The notes below the pieces were generated by a model. That model saw only the letters and a list, made by a program, of their open reading frames with translations, was not told the origin of the DNA and ran no database searches. A DNA stretch of 63,942 nucleotides, filler included. It is 7 parts of 7 records of this genome, joined end to end, with 100 filler letters (N's around TTAATTAATTAA, not from the genome) between each part and the next. Parts side by side here need not be neighbours in the genome. Positions count along the whole stretch, not along the records: positions 28,971 to 41,094 come from SRR31147125_39908; positions 41,195 to 48,267 come from SRR31147125_39928; 5 more parts are not named here. The stretch is one strand, 5' to 3'. Shown piece after piece: positions 35,723 through 45,800 of this stretch (its first letter is position 1; each line of letters opens with the position of its first letter). The position numbers were made by a program, and so were the translations under genes.

Positions 35723-35904
35723 TACAACTAATAACTATTATCTTAAGAAAACCTGACTATGAAAAACAAGATCTCACCAATACAATTTTCCTCAGTTTAG
35801 TTAGATTTTTTTCATGGATATCTTTCCATGGGAAACTGTGGGAAGATATCATAATACATTGAAAGACTTATCAAACTTATCTTCAGGAATGGAATTATAT
35901 TACA

Positions 35905-35924
35905 TTTCGTGTGCGCACACGAAA
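35905..35924. promoter_or_regulatory. 20-bp perfect palindrome, probably an operator for a second regulator
   Basis: TTTCGTGTGCGCACACGAAA with no loop and a central CG, 80 nt upstream of susC. Confidence 0.55.
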
Positions 35925-36003
35925 CGGTTTATAAAATTTTGTATACAGAATACTATTTCATGTGATTTACTAATTATTTAATTTTTAACCTAAAACTATT
36001 TTT

Positions 36004-39000
36004 ATGGAAAACAAAAATGGAATTAAAAAAGCGCTAAGCTTTTTAATGTTATGTTTCTTTTTTGTTGCAGTAAGTTGGGGAAGTTATGCCCAGCAAACTG
36101 TATCAGGAACAGTAGTAGACGAGGGAGGATTACCTCTTCCCGGAGTGTCTGTTATTATTAAAGGTACCAATACAGGTACAGTAACCGGAATTGATGGCGA
36201 TTTTTCAGTTCCAAATGTGGCTAACGATGCTACATTGATTTTTTCATTCATCGGAATGGAAACGCAGGAAGTTGCCGTTAACGGGCAAACAACTTTAAAA
36301 GTAACCATGAATACTTCTACCATTGGTTTGGAAGAGGTAATTGCTGTTGGTTATGGTACACAGAAAAAAGCCAACCTAACCGGTTCGGTAGGTATGACAA
36401 CTTCTAAAACCTTGGAAAACAGGCCGATTGTTTCAGCAGGTGCCGGTTTGCAAGGGGTTATTCCTAACCTGAACATTACCCTTAGAAATGGAGACCCAAC
36501 TGAATCTGCCGATTTTAACGTACGTGGTTACGAATCAATTAACGGTGGTAGTCCGCTTATTTTAATTGACGGTGTACCGGGTGACATGGACAAATTAAAC
36601 CCGAACGACATTGCAAGTGTTACCGTATTAAAAGATGCTGCAGCAGGTGCTGTTTATGGTGCGCGTGCAGCATTTGGTGTTATCTTGGTTGAAACCAAAA
36701 GAGGGAAAAAAGGAAAAATGACCGTTTCTTTGTCTACCGAACAATCAATTTCGGCTCCTATTTTCTTAATCGATCCGGTTACTGATCCTTACGAAGCAGC
36801 AGCAGCATGGAATTTGGCTACCGAGCGAACCAACGGTACTCCAAGATACGATGATGACTGGATGGCAGGTTTTGCCGCATGGAAAGAAAATCCAACATTC
36901 GAAAATGAATGGGGTGTGGTTGACGGAGGATTGAGGCACTATGGTTATACCGATTATGTAGATATGACAGTTGCCGACTGGTCGCCACAGCAAAAATACG
37001 ACATGAACATTTCGGGAGCCACCGAAGATGCATCGTATTATGTATCATTCGGATATTTGGATAAAGACGGATGGAGAAATGTTGCCGATGAGTACAATGA
37101 TAACTACCAGCGCTACAATGTGTTATCGAAAGCCGATTTTAAAATAAACGATTGGTTATCGGTAGACGAACAGATTTCGTGGAATGCAGAACAGAATGCA
37201 GAGCCGCACTTCTATAACTGGGATGTTGACATTAATACGGTTGCACGTGTTAATCCACACCATTTTGTTACATTCCCCGACCTTCCTTATTATTTGGAAC
37301 CGGGCGACCACGATGAATTTTTACCTTATATTGGCCAGTATATGTCGAGCCTAAACGCTTTGCCGTATTGGGAGCAGGGTGGTCGCGATACAGATACGAA
37401 ACACCAACTTCTGTTAAAACAGGGTGTTACTCTTACGCCAATTAAAGGGTTAAAGATAAGGGGTGATTTCTCTTATTCTACTAACCATCGCGAACGTCAG
37501 GAAGTTGCCAGTAAGGTTGAAATGGTTAACGGTACCGATTTAACCAATCTTAGTTTTGTGAATGGTTTTAGTGGAAACGACTGGATTCGAAATTCCTCTT
37601 ACTACAACCAGTATTACACTATGAATGCCTATGCCGAATATACTTACGATGAGTTGGAAAATCATTATATTAAGGCAATGGTAGGGTATAATAAGGAATG
37701 GGGACGTTATACTTATTACAGGGCAATGAATAATACCTTACTTACTCCGCTTATTACCGATTTAAATGCAACAACCGGTATGCAGCAAACCGAAGGAAAT
37801 AAATCGCATGTATCGTTACGCGGTGTGTTTTACAGGTTAAATTACTCGTATAAAGATAAATACCTCTTAGAAATGAACGGACGTTACGATGGTACATCGC
37901 GTTTCCCCGAAGACGATCGTTTTGGTTTCTTCCCATCATTCTCGGCAGCATGGCGTTTATCGAACGAAAGTTTTATGGACAATACCAGAGGGTGGTTGGA
38001 TAATTTAAAAGTTCGTGCTTCGTACGGAACATTGGGGAATCAATTCTTGTTTGATGATGATGATAACCCGATTTATTATCCATACATTTCAACAATGGGG
38101 GCAGGCCAGTCACCTTACATGATGTCGGGTGCCGGAACTACAGCTTATGTAAGTGCAGCAGGTTTGGTTAGCCCAACCTTAACCTGGGAAACCGTTGAAA
38201 CTAAAAATATAGGTCTAGATTTTACCATGATGAATCAACGTTTAGATGTGTCTTTCGATTATTATCATCGCGATACAAAAGACATGTTAATGGATGTTGA
38301 ATATCCTTCATTACTTGGTACTTCGGCTCCACAATCGAATGCTGCCGACTTAAGAACCAAAGGTTGGGAATTGGCAGTAAACTGGCGCGACAGAATTGGC
38401 CAGGACTGGAGATATAGTTTAACATTTGGACTTGCAGACAGCCAGGCCGAGATTACAAAATACGATAATCCAACGGGTGCTCTTTCTGAACATTACGTAG
38501 GTAAAAAACTAGGAGAAATTTGGGGGTATACCACCGAAGGCATTTTTCAATACGATGAAGATGTAGCTGCCCACGCCGACCAGTCGAAAATTGGTAGTAA
38601 CTGGAGAGCCGGTGATATTATGTACAAAGATTTAAACGGCGATGGTGAAATTTCTTCGGGAAGTAATACACTCGACGATCCGGGCGACCGTTCAGTTATC
38701 GGGAATAACACAGCCAGGTATTCATTTAATATTATGCCCGATGTATCGTATAAAAACTGGACTTTGAGTATATTCTTCCAGGGATTAAAGAGAGATTACC
38801 TTCCAGGGAATGGTAACTGGAATGCATTCTATCCGTTTAATGCCGGACATATTGAAGATTTTTATCTTACTGAGACCTGGAGCGAAGATAACAGAGATGC
38901 TTATTTTGCTGCACCACATCAGTCTACCAACGATAAAAAGAATATTCAACCGCAATCTCGTTACGTTCAGAATGCAACATATATACGTTTAAAGAACCTT

Positions 39001-39195
39001 ACTTTAAATTATAACCTACCTGAATCGTTAATTAACAAAGTAGGTATGAGCAGGGCACAGGTTTATATTTCGGGTATGAATCTTTGGGAAGCAACAGGTA
39101 TGCATGCGCCACTCGATCCGGAACAGACTGCAACTGTAACGCAGGAATACTATTTCAACCGCGTTTATACTTTAGGTGTAAAAATTGCATTTTAA
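36004..39195 (+). CDS. susC: SusC/RagA family TonB-dependent transporter
   Basis: CarboxypepD-like N-terminus; VGYGTQKKANLTGSV; VLKDAAAGAVYGARAAFGVILVETK; RYDGTSRF; LTWET; terminal F. Confidence 0.96.
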   Translation: MENKNGIKKALSFLMLCFFFVAVSWGSYAQQTVSGTVVDEGGLPLPGVSVIIKGTNTGTVTGIDGDFSVPNVANDATLIFSFIGMETQEVAVNGQTTLKVTMNTSTIGLEEVIAVGYGTQKKANLTGSVGMTTSKTLENRPIVSAGAGLQGVIPNLNITLRNGDPTESADFNVRGYESINGGSPLILIDGVPGDMDKLNPNDIASVTVLKDAAAGAVYGARAAFGVILVETKRGKKGKMTVSLSTEQSISAPIFLIDPVTDPYEAAAAWNLATERTNGTPRYDDDWMAGFAAWKENPTFENEWGVVDGGLRHYGYTDYVDMTVADWSPQQKYDMNISGATEDASYYVSFGYLDKDGWRNVADEYNDNYQRYNVLSKADFKINDWLSVDEQISWNAEQNAEPHFYNWDVDINTVARVNPHHFVTFPDLPYYLEPGDHDEFLPYIGQYMSSLNALPYWEQGGRDTDTKHQLLLKQGVTLTPIKGLKIRGDFSYSTNHRERQEVASKVEMVNGTDLTNLSFVNGFSGNDWIRNSSYYNQYYTMNAYAEYTYDELENHYIKAMVGYNKEWGRYTYYRAMNNTLLTPLITDLNATTGMQQTEGNKSHVSLRGVFYRLNYSYKDKYLLEMNGRYDGTSRFPEDDRFGFFPSFSAAWRLSNESFMDNTRGWLDNLKVRASYGTLGNQFLFDDDDNPIYYPYISTMGAGQSPYMMSGAGTTAYVSAAGLVSPTLTWETVETKNIGLDFTMMNQRLDVSFDYYHRDTKDMLMDVEYPSLLGTSAPQSNAADLRTKGWELAVNWRDRIGQDWRYSLTFGLADSQAEITKYDNPTGALSEHYVGKKLGEIWGYTTEGIFQYDEDVAAHADQSKIGSNWRAGDIMYKDLNGDGEISSGSNTLDDPGDRSVIGNNTARYSFNIMPDVSYKNWTLSIFFQGLKRDYLPGNGNWNAFYPFNAGHIEDFYLTETWSEDNRDAYFAAPHQSTNDKKNIQPQSRYVQNATYIRLKNLTLNYNLPESLINKVGMSRAQVYISGMNLWEATGMHAPLDPEQTATVTQEYYFNRVYTLGVKIAF

Positions 39196-39216
39196 TAACT
39201 ATTAAAAGAAGAAGAA

Positions 39217-41019
39217 ATGAAAAGACATAGTATAAAACTTAGTTTAGTAGTTTTTGCAACTTTATTATTTTTTAGTTGTAATAATGATTTTCTGGAAAGA
39301 TACCCTTTAGATGAAGTGAGTAACGAAACTTTCTGGAATACTGAAAATGACTTGATGGTATATAATAACAGTGTATACAACAGGGCAAGAAACGATAACG
39401 ACGTACCTATTTTATTTGCTTTCGATGATGGTTTCGATAGCCACAGGTACAACTTCTGGAATTTGGATGAGTTTAGTGATAATATTGCACCGCTTGTTTC
39501 ACGTCATCTCCGTTATCAGCAGGTACGTGCCGGAAAACATAACATTGCCTCAGGATCACAATGGTATGGCTGGCGCGATGGAGGTTGGTCTTTTGTACGT
39601 GCTATTAATGTATTTATGGATAACTACGGTAAGGCACTCGAAAATGGAGTACCCGAAGCAGACGTTAATAAATATGTTGCTGAAAACCGTTTGCTTCGTG
39701 GATGGTTTTATGCCGATAAAATTTCGAAGTTTGGCAGAGCTCCCTGGGTTGATCACGAACTAAACATCGACTCGGAAGAACTATATGCTCCGCTTGACGA
39801 TAGAGAAACAGTAATGACCAATGTTTTGGCCGACTTAAATTTTGCCTGCGAGTGGCTACCTAACAACTGGGGCGATGGCGAAAGCCCTGGCCGTATTAAC
39901 CGTTGGTGTGCTTTATTGGTGAAATCAAGAATTTGTTTGTTTGAAGGAACCTGGCGTAAATACCATGGTTTAGGTGGCGAACAAGCCTGGTTGCAAGCAG
40001 CCGCTGATGCAGCCAATGAATTAATGACAGATGGTCCTTATACACTTTATAATACAGGCGATCCTGAAAACGATTACCAGGCAATACACAAGATGCCATC
40101 TGATTTAACAGGTGTAGATGAAGTTATGTACTGGAGAAGATACCAGTTAGGAGTGTTTACCAATCACGCTCAGGCTTACCACAAAGGTTATAATGGTGGA
40201 GCTACCAAAAGCATGGTAGAAGATTATTTGTGTAGCGATGGTTTACCTATTACTCTTTCATCGGAATACCAGGGCGATGCATCTTTACGAGATGTGTTTG
40301 AAAACCGTGACCCAAGGTTGCGCCAAACCATTTTACATCCCGATGATGTATTTCGCTGGCACTGGAACAAGGATGATGCTCTACGTACTTATCCACGTGT
40401 TTCGGGAATGGGTGGATTAACATCCAATACCGGGTATTCAATTTGTAAGGTATATGAAGTTGTAACAGCTCATAATTCGTACAATATATCCGATACTCCA
40501 GCTATTATATTACGATTTGGTGAGGCTTTATTAAATTATGCCGAAGCAATGGCAGAATTAGGAACGCTTGACCAGGCAGGTTTAGACAGGAGTATTAACC
40601 TCTTGCGCGACCGAGCCGGAATGCCAGCTATGACAATGGATGTTCCTATGGACCCACGTTATGCCGGTGATGGTGTTTCTGCTTTAATTTCAGAAATTCG
40701 TCGCGAACGTCGTGTTGAGTTGTTTATGGAAGGTTTCCGTTACGATGACTTAAGACGTTGGAAACAAGGTAAAAAGCTGGAACAAAATCCTGATTTAGGA
40801 ATTCGTTGGGACGCTGCAATGCAGGCTGAGATCAATCCTGAAGGATCGAATGCTACGGTTAAATCAACTATGGTTGATGGTATTCCATACATCGATGTAT
40901 ACCAGGGAACTGACTTTGCTGTACCTGTATTTGACGAAAGCAAACACTATTTGTGGCCTATTCCACTAAGTGCAATTGCGCAAAATCCGGCTATTGAGCA
41001 AACTCCCGGATGGAACTAG
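39217..41019 (+). CDS. susD: SusD/RagB family surface lipoprotein
   Basis: Lipobox FFSC; LRFGEALLNYAEA; IRRERRVELFMEGFRYDDLRRWK; YLWPIP; QTPGW. Confidence 0.96.
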   Translation: MKRHSIKLSLVVFATLLFFSCNNDFLERYPLDEVSNETFWNTENDLMVYNNSVYNRARNDNDVPILFAFDDGFDSHRYNFWNLDEFSDNIAPLVSRHLRYQQVRAGKHNIASGSQWYGWRDGGWSFVRAINVFMDNYGKALENGVPEADVNKYVAENRLLRGWFYADKISKFGRAPWVDHELNIDSEELYAPLDDRETVMTNVLADLNFACEWLPNNWGDGESPGRINRWCALLVKSRICLFEGTWRKYHGLGGEQAWLQAAADAANELMTDGPYTLYNTGDPENDYQAIHKMPSDLTGVDEVMYWRRYQLGVFTNHAQAYHKGYNGGATKSMVEDYLCSDGLPITLSSEYQGDASLRDVFENRDPRLRQTILHPDDVFRWHWNKDDALRTYPRVSGMGGLTSNTGYSICKVYEVVTAHNSYNISDTPAIILRFGEALLNYAEAMAELGTLDQAGLDRSINLLRDRAGMPAMTMDVPMDPRYAGDGVSALISEIRRERRVELFMEGFRYDDLRRWKQGKKLEQNPDLGIRWDAAMQAEINPEGSNATVKSTMVDGIPYIDVYQGTDFAVPVFDESKHYLWPIPLSAIAQNPAIEQTPGWN

Positions 41020-41057
41020 TAGTTTTCTTTTTGAGATTAATAATTTGATTAGAAGTT

Positions 41058-41094
41058 GCAGGTGGTTTGTAAGCCACCTGCTTCTTCCTTTTTT
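41058..41094 (+). terminator. Intrinsic terminator after susD
   Basis: GCAGGTGGT...GCCACCTGC followed by a T-rich tract. Confidence 0.75.
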
Positions 41095-41194
41095 NNNNNN
41101 NNNNNNNNNNNNNNNNNNNNNNNNNNNNNNNNNNNNNNTTAATTAATTAANNNNNNNNNNNNNNNNNNNNNNNNNNNNNNNNNNNNNNNNNNNN
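41095..41194. other. Artificial contig spacer
   Basis: N44-TTAATTAATTAA-N44. Confidence 0.99.
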
Positions 41195-41464
41195 CCCATT
41201 TTGATACATTACCACACTGCCAGAAATTGAATCTAACCGTACCAGTAAATCAATATTATTTTTTTCTATTTCGTTGTTTACTTCAATAAGCAATTCAGAA
41301 ATTAAATTCTGATTTTCATCACTGTATACTTCTACTGTAACTACAGCTTTTTCGACATATTTTTGAAATGTTAAATATTGAAACCTCTTATTCAACAAAA
41401 AATGAATACCAAACAAAACCATAATTATAGCAAGATAGATAGCAGGTGTATTATAATTTTTCAT
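41195..41464 (-). CDS. Hypothetical membrane-anchored protein, 3' truncated
   Basis: N-terminal TM segment; open frame to the contig edge. Confidence 0.6.
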
Positions 41465-41491
41465 GATTTTGTCCTGGGAATATTAATTACT

Positions 41492-41875
41492 CTAATTGAA
41501 ATCCGCTTGAACACAATCGAAATTAAATTGCGAAGAAAATAAAACTGGTTCGCGCCAATAAAGAGAGGCAATAAATAAAAGCATGATACTAACTGGCAGG
41601 TAACATGAAAATTGTGACACTATACATATACCAATCACCCCACCCCAAAATATACATATCAGAAAAAATCCTATCAACATGGTTGGCCTAAACAGATAAA
41701 ATATCACACTTATCAATTCAATAATTCCCAGGTAAACCAATTTATCGTTAAGGATACTTATCCCGATTAAATTATTAAATGGTGTTGTATGAATAAATTT
41801 AATTATGGCAGAAACAATCATTAGTATAGCCGGAAACCAATAAAAATTTATTTTGGCCTTATTAAGTATCTTCAT
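41492..41875 (-). CDS. DoxX-like small membrane protein
   Basis: Four hydrophobic helices; SAIIKF, LGIIELISVIFYLFRPTMLIGFFL..FWGG; start probably ATG 41875. Confidence 0.65.
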   Translation of the reverse strand: MKILNKAKINFYWFPAILMIVSAIIKFIHTTPFNNLIGISILNDKLVYLGIIELISVIFYLFRPTMLIGFFLICIFWGGVIGICIVSQFSCYLPVSIMLLFIASLYWREPVLFSSQFNFDCVQADFN

Positions 41876-41942
41876 TTGTGCTTTTTCATTAGGAACACAA
41901 ATATCCCTTGTTTTAAGGGAGTTTGAAATATTCATTGCCTTA

Positions 41943-41972
41943 AAATGGACAAACCAATAAATGAAATGGACA
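41943..41972 (-). promoter_or_regulatory. LytTR-type direct-repeat binding site
   Basis: AAATGGACA at 41943-41951 and 41964-41972 (9-bp repeats, 12-bp spacer) between the LytTR gene and the DoxX-like gene. Confidence 0.7.
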
Positions 41973-41979
41973 GCAACGA

Positions 41980-42744
41980 TTAATTATCAGATAACCAATC
42001 TAAAAATTGTGTGGTTTTTAATTTCCCGACCATTATTTGATTGGGATAATCGATATTAAGATGGATAAGGATTTTGCGGTTAAGATAACGCGAAGCATCT
42101 TTAATGGCTTTGCGATTGATTAAATATTGACGGTTGGCCCTAAAAAACGATTCACCGCATAGATTTTCTAATTCTTCCAGTGTATGCGAGATAATATGTT
42201 TATTCTGTTCAAAAGTGTAGGCAAACACATATTTATCTTCCAGAAAAAACATTGCGATTCGCCTAATTTCTATAGGAATAATTTTATCTCCCTGAAAAAC
42301 AATTATTGAATTCTTTTTGTAAGTCCGCTCCTGAAATAACACATCTTTCAGCTTGGGAAATACATCAGGTTGGTAATTAATGTTGCCCTTCAACAACCTA
42401 TATTTATCGATAGACTTTGATACTGTTGTTTTGCTAAAAGGCTTCAATAAATAATCTATTCCGTTTACTTCAAAGGCTTTTAACGCATACTCATCATAAG
42501 CAGTGCAAAACACGATTGGCACTGATAATTTTATCGCCTTAAAAATTTCGAAACTATTTCCATCCGGAAGTTGTATATCTGAGAAAATTAAATCTGGTAA
42601 AGCATTATTTTGAAAATATGCAATAGCTTCTTCTACGGTAGATAAGGTTGCGTTTACCTCAATATCATGATCAATGTTGCGCAAAGTATTTGCCAAATCT
42701 ATGGCAGTTAATTTCTCATCTTCAATAATAACAACATTTAACAT
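41980..42744 (-). CDS. LytTR family two-component response regulator
   Basis: IIEDE, DLIFSDIQLPDG, FCTAYDEYAL, DYLLKP, FFRANRQYLIN. Confidence 0.95.
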   Translation of the reverse strand: MLNVVIIEDEKLTAIDLANTLRNIDHDIEVNATLSTVEEAIAYFQNNALPDLIFSDIQLPDGNSFEIFKAIKLSVPIVFCTAYDEYALKAFEVNGIDYLLKPFSKTTVSKSIDKYRLLKGNINYQPDVFPKLKDVLFQERTYKKNSIIVFQGDKIIPIEIRRIAMFFLEDKYVFAYTFEQNKHIISHTLEELENLCGESFFRANRQYLINRKAIKDASRYLNRKILIHLNIDYPNQIMVGKLKTTQFLDWLSDN

Positions 42745-42747
42745 AGC

Positions 42748-43742
42748 TTACTTTTTTTCTATCAATTTTAATGTCACTGAAAAAAAGTCTTCTTTATCGT
42801 CTATAGTAATAGGTTCGCCACCAATTAGCAAAAATCGTTTATTAAGGTTCTGTAGCCCCATACCATTTTTATTTTCTACTTGATTATAGATTTTGTTGTT
42901 GTTTACTACAATACAATTATTGCAATAAACAATAGATAACCGCAATGGATTAACCAATGAGAAAGCATTGTGCTTAATGGCATTCTCGACCAGGGTTTGC
43001 AAAGCATAGATAGGAATATAGAAGGATTGTAGTATATTTTCCGGAATTTGGATTTCACAAAAAAAAAGAATCGGCAAACCTTATTTGTTGTAATTTAATA
43101 TAATCACTCGTAAATTTTAATTCTTCGCTTAAAAACACTAATTCATTTACATGTGATGTTAAAGTGAACCTTAGAAAGTCGGATAATTTAACCAAATATT
43201 CTTCAGCCTGTTCAGCATTTGAATTAATTAGCGATTTAAGTGTACTGAGTGCATTGAATAAAAAATGAGGCTGAAGTTGCTGGATTAATTGCTGTTGCTC
43301 TGCTTCAAGATTTTTTATTTTTAAAATCGTAAGCTCCAGATCTGTTTGCTCCTTTTTTGAACGATTTATTACCGAATTAATAATTATAAGAATAATTGTA
43401 TTTAAAGCTGCAGCATTAAGAAATGGGAATATGGGTGGAGGTATTTCTTCTTTTGGCGGAAAGATTGAACTTGTAAAAATTAAAAACAATGTAATTAATA
43501 AGAATGCAAACAGATAACTTAAAAAATAATTCTTCCATTTGTTCTCCCCGCTTTTAAGCCTGGAACCTGAAAATAGGTAGATATTAAAAAGCCAATGCGA
43601 TAATGTGATAACGGTAAATATGAGCATGCCTCCCAAAAAAATTAAATGGTTGTTCATCAACAAAGAATAATGGAGAAAGCTCGAACACAACCACAATTGG
43701 TGATGATATTAATGCCGTCTTGTATAATTGCTTCCGATACAT
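42748..43742 (-). CDS. LytS/YehU-type sensor histidine kinase; two apparent homopolymer frameshifts (~43635-43641, ~43059-43067)
   Basis: TM N-terminus; QLQPHFLFNALSTL; LSDFLRFTL; LQTLVENAIKHN; GMGLQNLNKRF. Confidence 0.9.
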
Positions 43743-43811
43743 TATAATAAAATTAAGTATTTGCAATAATTATCGCAATGCAAAATTTAGAACGTGTTGC
43801 AATTCAGAATT

Positions 43812-44984
43812 TTATTTTTGCCTTAGGTATTCATAAAATGGTTTTTCTTTTCGTTGCAGGACATACCCCAGTCCAAATGTCGTATTAAAATTATTCATTG
43901 TATTATACGTGTTTAATGAAATGTGATATGATGTTTTAACGTTTAACCTCAATTTCTCTGCCAGGTTTATTTCCAGGCCGGAAGTTAACATCAAACTGCC
44001 ACAATTATACATCTTCATTTCCATATCAGGACTGTTCCCTTTATTTTCTGCATACATAAGAGACATTTGAGTATGTGAAAACCCGAGAGACATGTATGGC
44101 TTAAATCCCGGGGATTGCGAAACATAAAATATACGTGTTAAATTCAGGCTTCTTGAAAACATAACCGACTCCATAATTTGTTTGTCCAAATCAAGGTCAA
44201 GAGGAGCCATCTCATCGGCTTTTTTCTTTTGCCCGAGCATAATTTTGTTAACCGCTAAAGAACTCCATATCTTATACTTTTCATTTATATTTCGTGATAT
44301 CTGGACTTCAAAAGCAGAAATATCTTCGGGAAAATCATCGTCAGTCCTTACGGGGCCGGGATAATATTTTGAGTATCCCACTCCCACTTCCCATGATTTA
44401 TTATTGGGTTTAATCTTATCCAACGACAATTTTCTTATTTGGTCGAGATCGAACTGCCATAGGTTAAATTTTAGTTGAGCATGTATGATTTTATCCAGGT
44501 CCATCTCGTTTATATGTACAGTTTTGAATTCCGTTGAATCAATACGTTGGTTATCTGTTTGAATATAATAGCTTGAAGGGAAGAGTTTATTGTCATACCT
44601 ATTTTCACGCTCAAAAAATATTTTGTCTCCAACCACTACCAAATAAATTCTGGATTTATCAATCTTATCTGCACCGTTTAAATAATAATTTACGGTATCA
44701 ATAATTTTATTGGCAGGTTCTAAGGAGGCATTAACCAGAAGGAACGATGCCCTTATATCATGAAGATTTGAAATTGAATCATTCAAATCTTCATAAAAAT
44801 CATCTTGACTGATTATTAGAAAAAGTGGGGTCAACAAATCTGATTTACTGATGAAACTGATGTTCTGGGCGGACAAAACATTTACAAGAAAAATTGTTAA
44901 TGCGAATGTAAAACATAACCTTTTAATTAAAGGTTTATTATTTCTTTCCGGTACTTTCATAAATTGGAAGTTATAAACATTCAT
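43812..44984 (-). CDS. Hypothetical exported protein with a probable C-terminal outer-membrane beta-barrel
   Basis: Signal-like segment ending VLSAQ; alternating strands KPYMSLGFS, LTSGLEINL, TTFGLGYVL. Confidence 0.6.
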   Translation of the reverse strand: MNVYNFQFMKVPERNNKPLIKRLCFTFALTIFLVNVLSAQNISFISKSDLLTPLFLIISQDDFYEDLNDSISNLHDIRASFLLVNASLEPANKIIDTVNYYLNGADKIDKSRIYLVVVGDKIFFERENRYDNKLFPSSYYIQTDNQRIDSTEFKTVHINEMDLDKIIHAQLKFNLWQFDLDQIRKLSLDKIKPNNKSWEVGVGYSKYYPGPVRTDDDFPEDISAFEVQISRNINEKYKIWSSLAVNKIMLGQKKKADEMAPLDLDLDKQIMESVMFSRSLNLTRIFYVSQSPGFKPYMSLGFSHTQMSLMYAENKGNSPDMEMKMYNCGSLMLTSGLEINLAEKLRLNVKTSYHISLNTYNTMNNFNTTFGLGYVLQRKEKPFYEYLRQK

Positions 44985-45005
44985 TATTATTAATCAAGTA
45001 TTTAA

Positions 45006-45797
45006 TTAATCCAACAAGGGAACTCTTAAAGTTTCTTTGGTAACAGAACAAGCATTAAAATAACCCAATGCCCCATTTGTGAGGTTCGTAGTTGGATTTG
45101 ATGGTGAAGCTGACTGGTTTGCATCTCCTCCCGCAGTTCTAAAATATTCATATACATTTTTATCTATCGATTCCAGCCACACGGTTACATTGTCTCCTGT
45201 TTCAATTTCGTTCCTATTCATCATTCCCATAGAAATGGGCGAATAACTCATTGTATCACCTTCAAATAAATCATCAGAAATGGTATAAAAATCCGTTATT
45301 TTTTTGCTGTTAATAAATTTTATAACCCGATAATAATTTTCGATATTCTCAGGATCGAGAAAATCAATAAACACCTCATACTCATTTGTGATAGAACTTT
45401 CATCAACATAAATCGAATCTATACCAACAGGGGTAGGCATTGTAGAGCTTGCTGTATAAATTTCGTCGTCCACATTAACTGTCAGGAAATAAGTTCGCCC
45501 CGGGATACCCTCCATGTTCTTAGTAACATATTCACCATAATCCCTTTCATAAAGTGTATCGATATTTCCAACATTATCAGATATGGTTACGAAAGCCCTT
45601 CTTACCGGTGGGTATTCATTTTTCTCATCAAAGTCTACAGTCTCAGAAATCAATACAGAATAAGGCCCTGATTCGTTGTAGACATTACCTTGTATAACTA
45701 TTTTTGGATCGAGTGAATCCAGATCGAGGTCGATTACCCGCTGACAAGACGCCAGGATAATAAATATAGATATGATTATAATATTGTATTTTCTCAT
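45006..45797 (-). CDS. DUF4249 family lipoprotein
   Basis: Lipobox LASC; PKIVIQG; GIPGRTYFLTV; PSNPTTNLTNGALGYF; directly downstream of a TonB receptor. Confidence 0.85.
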   Translation of the reverse strand: MRKYNIIIISIFIILASCQRVIDLDLDSLDPKIVIQGNVYNESGPYSVLISETVDFDEKNEYPPVRRAFVTISDNVGNIDTLYERDYGEYVTKNMEGIPGRTYFLTVNVDDEIYTASSTMPTPVGIDSIYVDESSITNEYEVFIDFLDPENIENYYRVIKFINSKKITDFYTISDDLFEGDTMSYSPISMGMMNRNEIETGDNVTVWLESIDKNVYEYFRTAGGDANQSASPSNPTTNLTNGALGYFNACSVTKETLRVPLLD

Positions 45798-45800
45798 CTT

